Shown here in pieces: positions 21,773-32,433 of a stretch of 36,159 nucleotides of DNA. Numbering within the stretch: the stretch's first letter is position 1; every line of letters begins with the position of its first letter. This DNA is from Chrysochromulina tobinii. Lineage: Eukaryota. The position numbers and the translations under genes were made by a program. The notes beneath the pieces are model-generated. The model searched no databases and was not told the DNA's origin. It saw only the letters and a program-made list of their open reading frames with translations. The stretch is from positions 62,001 to 98,159 of the forward strand of contig JWZX01003385.1 of NCBI GenBank assembly GCA_001275005.1, read 5' to 3'.

Positions 21773-22579
21773 ATGGCCACCACGTACGCCTTCGGGCGCT
21801 CACTGACCGCAGCAGCCGCTGGCGCCGACCTGCGCTTCACCTTTGAACGCGACGACGCGGCGAGCGGCCTCGCAGTGCCAGTAAATGTCGTCCCTTACCA
21901 ACTCCAAGGCAACCCGGAGCTGCACTCGAACGAAAACACGAAGAAGCGCATGGCACTAAAGAATGACAAGCGCGTGCGAACGCAGCTCGAACGCTTCTGG
22001 CGCGTCTTTGGCGTCGGCGACAACGGTACCATCAGCGAGGACGAGTACCTCGCGGTGCACGTGAAAATGGCGACCGTGCTCATCCCCGACATCACACCCG
22101 AGGAGGCGCGGGCCGCCGGCGAGTCGGACTGGCTAGACGACGTGCAGGGCGCCGAGCGTATGAGCAAGGTGGCTTTCATGGCGTGCCTCTTCGAGGTAGC
22201 CGACCTGTACACCACCGGCATCGACGGCGGTGCCTATGCGACGTGGCTTGACCGTCTCTTCAAGCGCATCACAGTCAGGCTCAGCACAGGACCCGACGGA
22301 AAGATTATGGCGACTCTGCCGCCGAAGCCAACGTCCGCGCGGCTGCGCGAGTACCGCGCCTTTCGCCTCTCTCTCGTCACTGCCGGGCGCGTGACGGCAG
22401 CGGAAGGGCCGCCGCCGCTGGACAAGCCCCCGACAGACGCATTCGCTGAGCTCGAGCGGTTGCGCCTGGCGGCCGCGGCGGGCGGTGGCGGAGGCGACGG
22501 TGGTGGCGGAGGCAACGGTGGTGTCGTCGATGAGGCAGCGGAGGATGGCGCAAGAGGTGCAGGCGGACGCGAAGACGAG

Positions 22580-22618
<39 letters not shown>

Positions 22619-25600
22619 ATCGACGACGAGGACGGCGTCGTCGGCTCTGAGGGCGTCGAGGGAGTCGAGGGAGTCGAGGGAGTTAAGGGCGGCGACTGCG
22701 ACGACTGCGGCGAGGCTGGTGTGGGCGCCATTGGCGGCGCGAACGAGAGCTTGAGTGGGGCTTCTGAACCTAGCTTTGCCTGGGCCGCCGATGAGGACGT
22801 CTTCCCTCATATCCTATATGCCCAAGAGGAGATCAAGTGGAGTGAGTACGGCCCGAAGGACGAGGCTGACGAGGACGAAGCTGACGAGGACGAGGAGAAG
22901 GATGTGGGGAGCGTCAGCGCGGGTGGTGGCGGCGACGTCGGCAGCCATGTGCACTCGGTAGGGCGCGAGATCGGACTGGAGATCGTACGGCCGCCGCCTC
23001 CACTCAATACGCCTGCCATGGGAGCTCTGCGCGCGAGCGACACGGCTGGGGCTGCACTACGGTTGAGTGGCTCTTGGCGCCAGCCGTACGCCTGCAGCGG
23101 CAGCCGCAGCGGCAGCCGGAGCGGCCACTTTGGCGAGACCATGGGCGGCTTGGGCGGGCGGACAGGCGGCGGCGGCAGTTGGATGGGCGCTGGTGCTGGT
23201 TCCCTGGCGGACGGCTCCGGCGGTGGTGGGGGATTTGGACGCCCAAATAGAAATAGCATGCGAATCCCCTCCTTGGCGGCCCGCGTTGTGCCACAGGCCG
23301 TGGACGCGGCCGAGGCGGCGTCGTTGGCGGCCAAGGCCGCCGCTGCCGCTGCTCTCGAAGCGTCTGCCAAGCTCGCTTCCGGCGTTTTCATGTCGGCCAC
23401 TCCCACCAATGGCGGCGGCGGCGGCTTCGGAGGCGGCGGCTTCGGAGGCGGCGGCTTCGGAGGCGGCGGAGGCGGAGGCGGAGGCGGCGAAGGCGGCGGA
23501 GGCGGAGGCGGAGGAGGCGGAGGCGGCGGAGGCGGAGGCGGCGGCTCGTGCGGCAGCCGCGCGGCCGAGGCGGCCAAGGCCGGTACTGCCGCCATCGAAG
23601 CAGCCGAGAGAGCTCAGGCGGCTGGGCAGGAAGAGGGGGCAAGGGCAGCTCGGGCCGCGGGCGAGGCGGCGATCGCCGTGAGCAAGGCGGTCGACGACGG
23701 TACACTCCTCGACGGCGCTAGGGTGGCGGAGGCGGCCGTGGCGGCGGGCGAGGCGGCGGCGGCTGCGGCGCTCGCTGAGGCCATCGCCATGGGCGGCGGC
23801 GGCGGTAGCTCCGCTGGTAGCTCCGCTGGTAGCTCCGCTGCCTCTGCTCCAGCTTCCAATGCAGCTACCGGCACGGGCGCGCCAGCGGACGCAGCGACAG
23901 TGATGGCCGTTGCCGAGCGTGCCGTTGCAGAGGCTGCTAAGGCGCAAGGGAGTGCGGCGGCCGCGGCAGCTCGGGCGGCCGCGTCGACCTCAACACCGTC
24001 TCTGTTCCCCCCTCGGCTAACGGTGGGAGAAGGGGACCGCCGTGCGACAGGCGAGGCAGCGACGCAGGAGGCACACGCACCGCCGAATAAAGCCGCCGTT
24101 GCCGCGGCACAGGAGGCGATGGCCGCAGCAATAGCCGCGGCTGCCGCGGCCGCCGTCGCAAGGCAAGCAGAGTTGGTGGCTGCGACGGAAGCTTTTGGAC
24201 AGACCTTCGCCACGCCCGGGCTGATCGCGGCAGCCAAGGATGCTGGCTCGGCTGCCACGCAGGCGCAGACCCTCGCGGCCACCGCGGACCAGTGGGCGGA
24301 TCGAGCTCAGGCTCTTCTCCGTTGGTCGGCGGCGGCGCGGGCTGTCACAGCGGCGGCGGCGCGGCCAGACGGCTCCATGGCGCAGGTGGCGGCCGAAATC
24401 GTCCATCAGCTGAGCATCGGGGGGGACGCGCGCGGTGGCGACGGCGAGGGCACGAGCGACGGCAGCGGCAGCGGAGGCAACGGAGGCAACGGAGGCAGCG
24501 GAGGCAGCGGAGGCAGCGGAGGCAGCGGAGGCAGCGGAGGCAGCGGAGGCAGCGGAGGCAGCGGAGGCAGCGGTGCCGCTACCGCTCGATACAGCGCCGC
24601 TGTGCTCATCACTAGCGACGCATCGCCCGATGAGCTCCTCTTCCTCGCCGCCGATGCGCTCACCACGGCGCGCGACGCTCTGCCGTCCACCACCGGCACG
24701 CCACAGCCGCTCATGCCCCGGACGGCTATCTCCCAGATCGCACGCGCCGCAGAGCAAGCGCTGCGGCGGGCAGAGTCGGCGGTCGGCAATGTGCCCAGGC
24801 AGGCGCTCGATGCGACGCCTATCGCCATGGCCAGGGCGGCGGTGGCGGGGCCCATTGACGCACCAGCAGGCTCGGGCTTGGGTGCCACCGCTCTCTGGAC
24901 AATGTGGTCGGCAAGTGGAGTGCCCTTTGGCGTGCTCGCTACCGACGCTCCGGGGGAATTCGCGCGTCCGATGGCGGAGGCAGCGGCAAGTGCGCTGGAG
25001 ACGGCATGGCGGCGCGACCTGATCGAGGCGCTCGTGGGCACTGTGGGGGCATGGGTGAGCATCCTCGCGGAGGGCGAGGAGCCATCGATCACGGCCAGCG
25101 TACGCCGCGTGCCCTCGGATGCTCTCCCGCTGCCAGGCGAGTGCTTTCGTGCGCCGCTGTCCACGGAGCACGGCGCCGTGTCGATCATCCTCCAGCCCGG
25201 CAGCAGCAGCGGCGACGGCGGCACCCGTACCGGTGGCAGCGCAAGCGCCGTCGCGGGCGGCTGTGGAGCGTCGGAGGTCAGGATGAGCGATCATCTGAAG
25301 GAAGGGCTTCGGGCGACAGCCCCGCTGCTGCCGGCGATGATGCGCGAGCTCGAACTGATGGTGATTGGCCAGCCAGTTGTGCTCGCGCAGAGTTTTGGCG
25401 CCAAGGGGCAAGGCTGCTCAATGGTGGCGACGCTTGGTGACGTGGAGACGCGGCGCACCGACGCGGAGGACGAGGACGAGGGCGACGAAGAAGGGGGCGC
25501 GCCCGCTGCTCCTCCTGCTCCTGCTCTTGCTGCTGCTGCCATCCATGCTCGCCCCACATCAGCCGCCACCTCTGCATCTACCGCCGCGCCCACCACCGCA

Positions 25601-26218
25601 TCCAGGACCTTGGCGAAGCCATCGCCCGCTGCACGCGGCCGCACGAGGCGCACACTACCAGCAGATGGCGGGGCCGTTGTGCGCCGACGCAGCCGTCGCA
25701 GCTACTACACTGCCGTGTACCATCCGCCTCGCCGCTGGCGGCGCTACCGCTCCCAGCGCATCAGCGCGCTCGCAGCCGTGCGACTGCTGCTGCCGCGGCG
25801 GCTGCAGGCACAAGTGGGTGGGCAGCTCGACACGCTGGATCTACGCGATGCCCTCGCCGAGCTCAAGAGCTATAAGCATCCGCCCGAGAACGTGCGCCGC
25901 GTCGTGGTGGGCGTGCTCTGCCTGCTCGGCCGGCCACTCGCGAGCCTCTCCACGTGGGCGCACGTGCTGCCGCATCTGAGGCGCGAGCTCCAAAGGGAGA
26001 TGCTCGCATTCGACCCGGCGGCGAGTCACGGGGGCGATTCCACCCATCATTCCACCGTGTGGGCCGAGTCGAGGCGTGCAACCGAAGGGCTGACGTCCGA
26101 TGAAGTGCAGAAGAAGGGCTCGCTCGCCGTCAAGACGATGCTCAAGTGGCTCGAGGTCAACCGGCTTACTCGACACGAGAGCATTGCTGCGGCCGTCGCC
26201 AAGCTCGCGGTGGAGTGA
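21773..26218 (+). CDS. Large low-complexity protein with N-terminal EF-hand-like domain and C-terminal dynein heavy chain microtubule-binding-domain-like module
   Basis: N-terminus FWRVFGVGDNGTISEDEY...LFEVADLYT. C-terminus DALAELKSYKHPPENVRRVVVGVLCLLG...TWAHV...FDP...EVQKKGSLAVKTMLKWL. Gly, Ala and acidic tracts lie between. First ATG at 21773. Confidence 0.7.
24473..24571 (+). repeat. Coding 9-nt tandem repeat GGAGGCARC x11, encoding (GGN)2(GGS)9
   Basis: Direct count within the large ORF. Confidence 0.95.
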
Positions 26219-26908
26219 AGCCTGCGGCAGGCGCCGCCCGCTCATCGTTAGCTTGCTCTACCCCACGCCGGTCCTGCTCGCCGCCCCCCCCCCCGACCAG
26301 AGCCATTCTTTTGTGTGCATGCAATTGGCGTGCCAGTCTTCTACCGCTGGCAGGCCGACACGTAACGGCGGAATGCCGTCGATTGCATCGAAGACGACCG
26401 GTCCCACGGCGAGACTGACGATTTCTTAAAAATTGGCGTGCGCTCGGGCGGGCGGGTCCGGGTGCGCGCCGTAACAGCAATCCGACGAGTTGTCCCGAGG
26501 ACCATTCTCCATTGCACTGATGAGTGATCGGTCGCGGATGTACAGTACACTCCACAAAGCATGTATCTAAAGCTCAGATCGCAGCGGTGTAAACCAGCTG
26601 TGTTATCGACACCCAAGACACGACCGGACCGCGGCGTCAATTGCGCGGCGTTCACCCGCACGGGCGGAGGGAGGTCTACGGAGGTCTACAACTTCACCCG
26701 AGTGTACTCGAGTAGCAGAAGCAGCAACTACGAACTAGTTCAGCGTTACCGTACGGTAGTTCGTCCGTTCTCGGGTCTCCCGATGTGCGAAAAAAAACGG
26801 GTTCACGCCCGCATGAGCACCGCAGTACAGTACTGTGTGGTCCTGTTTCAAATTCACACACACGAGGTGAAGCTCACACGCGGGGGTTCGTGCGAAGAGG
26901 TCGTGCCA

Positions 26909-27903
26909 ATGAGCTATCGCGACCGCGACGACTCCGACGGCTACGGCCGACCCGATCCGCGTCGTGATGACCGCGACTCGCACGGCTACGGGCACGGCGA
27001 CCGTGGCGGCGGCGGCGGCGTTTACGGTGGCAGCCGCGATGGGTACGGCGACCGCGGCGGCGGTGGAGGAGGTTACGGCGATTACAGTGGCGGAGGTGGT
27101 GGCTTTGCCGACTATGATGACTTTCTCGCGCGCGGCGGTGGCGGGCGTGGGAAAGGTGGCGGCGGCTACGGTGACTATGGCAGTGGAGGTAAGGGCGGAG
27201 GTCGGGGTAGCAGTTACAGTGGCGGCAGCGCGTCGAGTAAGGAGCCTTTGACCGAGCTGGAGATCATCCAGCTTGCCGAGGAGCGCAGCAACGCCAAGAT
27301 GCGCTCCGACTTTGAGGGGGCAGACAAAATCCGAGACCAGCTCCGCGCGCATGGTATTACGATCGAGGACCGCGGGCCCGGCCCCAAGATGTGGCGCTCG
27401 GACGACGGCCGCTCGGGCCCGCTGCCGCAGGGCGGCGGATTCGCGCGCGGCGACAAGCTACGCGACGACGGCACCATCGAGTGGGCAAACACGATTTACG
27501 TCTCGGGGATCCCGATGGACGCGACCCTGGAAGAGCTCGCGGAATGGTTTGGCAAGATTGGGACGATCAAAAAGTCGAAGAAAAACTTCAACCAGGGAGA
27601 GCCCGTCATCCACATCTACAAGGATAAGCGCACCGGCCGGCCCAAGGGCGACTGCACCATCTCGTACGACGAGCCCGAGACCACTGATGAACGCTGATGA
27701 CCTCTGATGACCTCTGATGACCTCTGATGACCTCTAATAACCTACTCATCAGGTACGACGAGCCCGAGACCGCCACCGCGGCGGTCAAGTGGTTCGATGG
27801 CACTAAGTTTGAGCGCTCCGGAGGCCGACTGAGCGTGAGCATCGCCAAACGGCCGGCAGAGGGCAACTGGGGCAAGGGCAAGGGCAAGGGCAAGGGCAAG
27901 TGA
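26909..27903 (+). CDS. FET-family-like (TAF15/EWS/FUS) RNA-binding protein, 301 aa; intron 27664-27752
   Basis: RGG/GY-rich N-terminus. FET-type RRM NTIYVSGIP...FGKIGTIK...IHIYKDKRTGRPKGDCTISYDEPETATAAVKWFDG...LSVSIAKR is completed only after splicing GT 27664 to AG 27752 (phase 2). Ends GKGKGKGK*. Confidence 0.88.
27664..27771 (+). mobile_element. Insertion-like intron: 19-bp direct repeats flanking a 70-bp array of 10-nt units with 7-bp inverted ends
   Basis: GTACGACGAGCCCGAGACC at 27664-27682 and 27753-27771. Interior consensus TCTGATGACC. CTGATGA (27684-27690) is the reverse complement of TCATCAG (27746-27752). Mobility is inferred, not shown. Confidence 0.55.
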
Positions 27904-28580
27904 TGCCCATGGTTTGGAGGTGGGGGGTGGCCACACGTTGAGGCGGGCAGTGAACGCCTCGCGATCGAGGGGAGGTGCATGGAGCGTTCTGCGGGGGGCT
28001 GGGGCATACGGGTTATGCGCAGCGGCTGTCGCGCGTGACGTGTGACACGTGTCGTGTCCGCCGTCCACCGCGTCCGGTGCTGGGACACCGACACGGCCGC
28101 ACTTTGACTCTTTGAGCGCTGACGTCGCTGTGTGACCGACCGCGCGAACGGGAGTCGCGAGGCGCATCCAGGTGAAGGCTCTTGAAGGCTCGACCGAGCG
28201 AAAGCAGCGTTAGACGGCGTAGACGCACGACCCGGTCTACACGACGTTCCAACGCAATCAACTTCCAATAACGATACCGGTTCCAAGACGCGCAACCTGA
28301 CACCCGGCGAGCGGCGTGCCGACGTGCGACGTCTGCCGACGATATGCCAATTCGTTCGGCGTAAATCCGGCTTCGACCTTTCTCGTGTAAGTAACCGGTG
28401 TAACGGATCATGCCGTGTGAGCCGTGCCCCCCCCGCGCGCGCCCCGCCCCCGGCGGGAGCGGCGAGGCGGCGGCGAGGTCGGCCCGGGAATCGATTAGCT
28501 CGGGCCGCGGTTTAGGCCGACTGAAAGGCGAGGCCGAGGGGCCGCCGCCACGCGCCTCGCGCTCACGTTGGTCGTTTCAC

Positions 28581-28616
28581 GTCCACGTATATCGATATGT
28601 CCACGTATATTGATAT
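28581..28616. repeat. 18-bp tandem duplication GTCCACGTATAT(C/T)GATAT
   Basis: Two adjacent copies differing at one base, intergenic. Confidence 0.85.
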
Positions 28617-28884
28617 GTATGTATGACGTGACACGACAGCCACACGTCATGCGTGTCGTGCCGTCCGCCGATACGCAGGACGTTCGCACCCGCCCCCCCC
28701 GCGCACATGGAACGTCCATCGGAAACACATTCCCGGGTGCACACAGCGCGCGCACTGTGGCGCACACAGAAAGATGCCCGGCTGACGTTACCTGCTCTTG
28801 CCCTGGTGCATGGATGGTCTATGGATGGATCACAGTTCTCTGCCTGTGCGTCCAGCCTCCACCGCCCCCCTGCCCGCCTGCGAC

Positions 28885-28940
28885 CCTTCCGCTGCAACCC
28901 CTCCGCTGCAACGCCTCCGCTGCTGACCCTCCGCTGCATC
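28885..28940. repeat. 14-nt period minisatellite with TCCGCTGC core, 4 copies, downstream of IQUB
   Basis: TCCGCTGC starts at 28888, 28902, 28916 and 28930. Confidence 0.85.
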
Positions 28941-29038
28941 GCGCAGTGCGCGCGCCTCGCGCAGCGCAGTGCTCACTCGGGGGGTGCCTCGTACTGGGCA
29001 GTGCTCACAAAAGCGTGGCGCTCACGACGGCGTGGAGC

Positions 29039-30493
29039 TCACGCGGGGATGGGGCGCACGTTGGGGCGAAGGATGAGCTCTTGCGGAACCTTTTGGAAGC
29101 GCGCTGACTCAGGGTTGAACTCGGGAGTCTCGATGAACTGCAGGAACAGGTTGGCCAGCCGCTTGCGCAGCCCGGTGAGGGAGCTCTCAGAGCGCCCCCG
29201 GTTGAGCATGTCCGCCTCGCGATCAATTAACTCGACAATGTCGCGGGTCAGGTTGCAATCGAACTCTTTGACGGTCCACTTGACGTGTAGCAGCACGTCG
29301 AGTCTCTCGTCGATGGTGAGCATCGGCAGCCGCAGGCCGTTGTAGAGCTCCATCAGCTCCTTGGCGCGCGTCGTGAAGGGCGTGTGCACCTGCGCGACCT
29401 CGCCGTCACTCATCTGCCAGCGCTTGGGCGCAGACATGAGCTGCAGCGTCGATCGAATGCGTTTGTCGCGGTTCTCGCTGTCCGCCTGCTGCCGCAGCCG
29501 GTCGATCGTCTGCAACAGCTTCTGCTCCTTGAGCAGAAGCTGCTGCAGCGCCTCCGCCTTCTCCACCTCGTTCATCTCCTCCGCCGCCTTGATGCGCGCG
29601 GTCTCGTGCAATCTCCACGCCTCGAGCTCATTGTACAAGATCTCGAAGTCCTCGTGCGTGTGCGGGTGCATGCGCCGCTGGATCTCGATCTTGTGCCGCT
29701 CTTCCGCCTCCATTCTCTGCCGCTCCGCCTCCGCCGCCGCTGCTGCCGCCGCCGCCGCCAGCCCGCGTCGCAGGTTGGTGGCCGTGGTGCGCGCAAACCA
29801 GCCGCGAGTGTACCTCTGCAAATCTATCGCCTTTTCGAGGCGCAGCACGGCGAGCTCCTCGGAGCTGAAGTAGGGCAGAGGGTACAGGATCGCATCACCC
29901 TCCTCCTCGAGCAGATGTCCCCGCGGCATCTGCGTCCCCGCCTCGCGCACGGCCTGCTGCGAGCGCGTCTGCAGCACCGCCGTCTGCGTCTCGCGATGGA
30001 ATTTGGAGCTCTCCATATCACTCGCGGGCCGCGGCGGCCGGTCGGTCTGGCTCGAGGCGTGGTGGTACTCGAGGTGCGTCTTGCGCGACCGGTAACCGCC
30101 GAGGAAGGGCTTCGTCTTCGGCATCGCGCGCACGATTGGCACCTGGATTAGCTTCGGCGGAATGTCAGCACCAAACTGCACCTCGACCGAGATGACGTCG
30201 GGCATCACGTACGTGCTCGGCGTCGAATGGTCCTCGACGTACACAATCTGAAGCTCCACTGTGTTCGGCTCGCCCATGGAGAAGTCATAGTCGGAGAGCA
30301 GAGCACTCCTCATCTCCTGGCCCTTGAAGCTGAGCTTCATGCTGGCCGCGGGGATTCGCAAGTCCTCCTCGATTTGCGCTTTGAGCTCGACTAGAGTGAG
30401 CCTCAGCGCGAAGCGGCGGCTGTGCGAGAAGCCCTCGGGCATGATCACGAACTTGATCTCAATGCCATCCGCGCTCGAGCCAGCCTCCGCCAT
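29039..30493 (-). CDS. IQUB: IQ motif and ubiquitin-like domain-containing protein (radial spoke, FAP253), 484 aa
   Basis: N-terminal ubiquitin-like domain; KPFLGGYR..YHHASSQT, FHRETQT, IQ-like AIDLQRYTRGWFAR, RRMHPHTHEDFEILYNELEAWR, ERLDVLLHVKWTVKEFDCNLTRDIVELIDREAD, FIETPEFNPE. Confidence 0.93.
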   Translation of the reverse strand: MAEAGSSADGIEIKFVIMPEGFSHSRRFALRLTLVELKAQIEEDLRIPAASMKLSFKGQEMRSALLSDYDFSMGEPNTVELQIVYVEDHSTPSTYVMPDVISVEVQFGADIPPKLIQVPIVRAMPKTKPFLGGYRSRKTHLEYHHASSQTDRPPRPASDMESSKFHRETQTAVLQTRSQQAVREAGTQMPRGHLLEEEGDAILYPLPYFSSEELAVLRLEKAIDLQRYTRGWFARTTATNLRRGLAAAAAAAAAEAERQRMEAEERHKIEIQRRMHPHTHEDFEILYNELEAWRLHETARIKAAEEMNEVEKAEALQQLLLKEQKLLQTIDRLRQQADSENRDKRIRSTLQLMSAPKRWQMSDGEVAQVHTPFTTRAKELMELYNGLRLPMLTIDERLDVLLHVKWTVKEFDCNLTRDIVELIDREADMLNRGRSESSLTGLRKRLANLFLQFIETPEFNPESARFQKVPQELILRPNVRPIPA

Positions 30494-30838
30494 GTCGCAA
30501 CAAAAGCCACTGCGACAAGCGCAACGACACGGCCCGACCTTTTCAACTGTGAGTACAGTAGGATTTCCCTGTCTTGACCGGATTTGCCTTCACGGACCTC
30601 CAGATACTCGGTGCTTTCCCAAACTAAACACTAATGAAGAAGCAAACGAAAAATGCAACGAATATGCGCGCGCGGCGAGCCGCTCAGTTCACGGACACGC
30701 TGCGTGTCGACGGAAGGCCCCCAGTGGCGCATGGGACAGGACGGAGGGCTGAGCCGTACGTTCGGCTCGCTGCCACCTAGTCAAGTCAAGTCTAAACAGA
30801 CTGCGGTATCGCCCCGTCTGACGGGGACGCTGGGTACG

Positions 30839-32077
30839 ATGCTGCCCACGTCATCACGGCCACGCGCCGACGCACGCGGCTCCCCGACCTACCGCGCTCT
30901 GCAAGCCGCGCGTGCGTCCGCTCTCGGCACGTACACGCCAAAGTTTGACACGACCGCGTGGCTGCTGCCGTCTATCAAGAGCGGGCCACCGTCGCCGCTG
31001 CCGAGCGGGCGGCCGACCATGGCGTCATCCCCACCACGCTTCCTCGCCGATGTATCCGTTCCCGTCCAGCTATCGTTTGGCGACAAGGCCGGCGGCAGCA
31101 GGGCGAGCACTCAGGACTGGGCGGCCTCGGAATCATCCGGCGCTCCGGCGCAACTTCTAGACGTGGCCTTGCTCCGCGGCGGCGCGGACATGGGGTACCT
31201 CAAGGAGCGGTTGCAGCTCGAGTGCGGGCTGAGCGAGGAACAGATCATCGGGCAGATGCGCCGCGTGCGATGGTTCCGCTCGCTGCCGCACAGCAAGCTG
31301 ACCAGGCTCTACCAACGCGGCCGGCGCCGACTCTTCCCGCGGTACACGACAATCGTGCGCGAGGGTAGCGAGAGCAACAACTTCTACATCCTGCTGCACG
31401 GTCAGGTCCGCATGCACTCAACGGTGCACGGCACCAGCGCGCTGCTCACGGTCGGCTCCTCGTTCGGCGAGGATGCGCTCATCGTTTCGCGGGTTATGCG
31501 CGAGGAATCAGCGGTGGCCGAGACGGACAGTTACGTTCTGATTTTGAGCGCCGCAGACATGCACGGCATGGAGAGCGCCCTCGAGCTTTACGCGGAGGTG
31601 CGCCCGCAGGTGGTGGCACAGCTTCTCGAGCGGGTGCCAGCGCTCAGTAGCCTCACACAGGCAGTGCGTGGTACGCTCGCGCCGCTGATGGAAGTGGTCG
31701 AATACACGAGTGGCGCGACCGTGTTCGCCGAGGGAGATGAGCCCTCGCCGTTCACGGCCATGTTCATCGTGTGCGAGGGGCGCGTGAGCCTCCACAAGCG
31801 CGACGCCGCCTCGGGCGGCGAGGCGAACATCGGCTGGCGCACGCCGCAGGACGAGGGTCCGTGGTTTGGCGAGGGCGCGCTCGCCAACCACGCCGACGGT
31901 GGACGCCCTCGGCCGCGCCCGTGCACCGCTGTGTGCACCGAACATACCAAGTGCGTCGTCGTGCGCGTGGCGCATTTTGACAGGTTCCTCGAGGCGACCT
32001 GGGAAGTGATGCCGAACGTGATAGGCAACTTTTTGTCGCTGGCAAGCCATCATGTGGGCAATGCCACTGCGGGTTGA
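30839..32077 (+). CDS. Protein with two cyclic-nucleotide-binding domains (PKA-regulatory-like/CAP_ED)
   Basis: IVREGSESNNFYILLHGQV...SFGEDAL...REESAVAETDS and VFAEGDE...MFIVCEGRV...WFGEGAL...RPCTAVCTEHT. Start is uncertain: in-frame ATGs also occur upstream, from 30653. Confidence 0.85.
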   Translation: MLPTSSRPRADARGSPTYRALQAARASALGTYTPKFDTTAWLLPSIKSGPPSPLPSGRPTMASSPPRFLADVSVPVQLSFGDKAGGSRASTQDWAASESSGAPAQLLDVALLRGGADMGYLKERLQLECGLSEEQIIGQMRRVRWFRSLPHSKLTRLYQRGRRRLFPRYTTIVREGSESNNFYILLHGQVRMHSTVHGTSALLTVGSSFGEDALIVSRVMREESAVAETDSYVLILSAADMHGMESALELYAEVRPQVVAQLLERVPALSSLTQAVRGTLAPLMEVVEYTSGATVFAEGDEPSPFTAMFIVCEGRVSLHKRDAASGGEANIGWRTPQDEGPWFGEGALANHADGGRPRPRPCTAVCTEHTKCVVVRVAHFDRFLEATWEVMPNVIGNFLSLASHHVGNATAG

Positions 32078-32433
32078 AGAGAGATTGTGTTTGTAATATG
32101 AATATGAGTATGTGTCTAGTCATATAAGTCAAGTCACGCTTGAGAAACTCCGAACCGCGAACGTGGATTCTGGATAGCCGCGGGCGACGCGCAGAGCGAC
32201 CATGCCGCGGGTCGCCGGTGGCGGAGCCGGGCCCGCGCGGGCCTCGCCCCGGCCGGAGCGCGCCCGACATGCGGAAGCTTTAAGTGTAAAAAGTGACATT
32301 ACAAAAGACTAAAGAACAAAACGATTCTATCAATGCGCGGCAGGAGGGCCGGGGAGCACCCCGGGCGCGGCGCCCAGAGCGATGATAAGCGCGCGGCTTA
32401 ACTCAGGAATCGGGCATTTCCGACAGGGACGTT

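Noticed and set aside
23411..23545. Poly-Gly GGC/GGA tract and nearby GAGGAC acidic repeats
   Set aside because: Ordinary coding low-complexity sequence in a GC-rich eukaryote.
27683..27752. 10-nt repeat array considered as CRISPR or telomeric repeat
   Set aside because: No unique spacers and no cas genes in a eukaryotic context; the unit is not TTAGGG-like and lies inside an intron.
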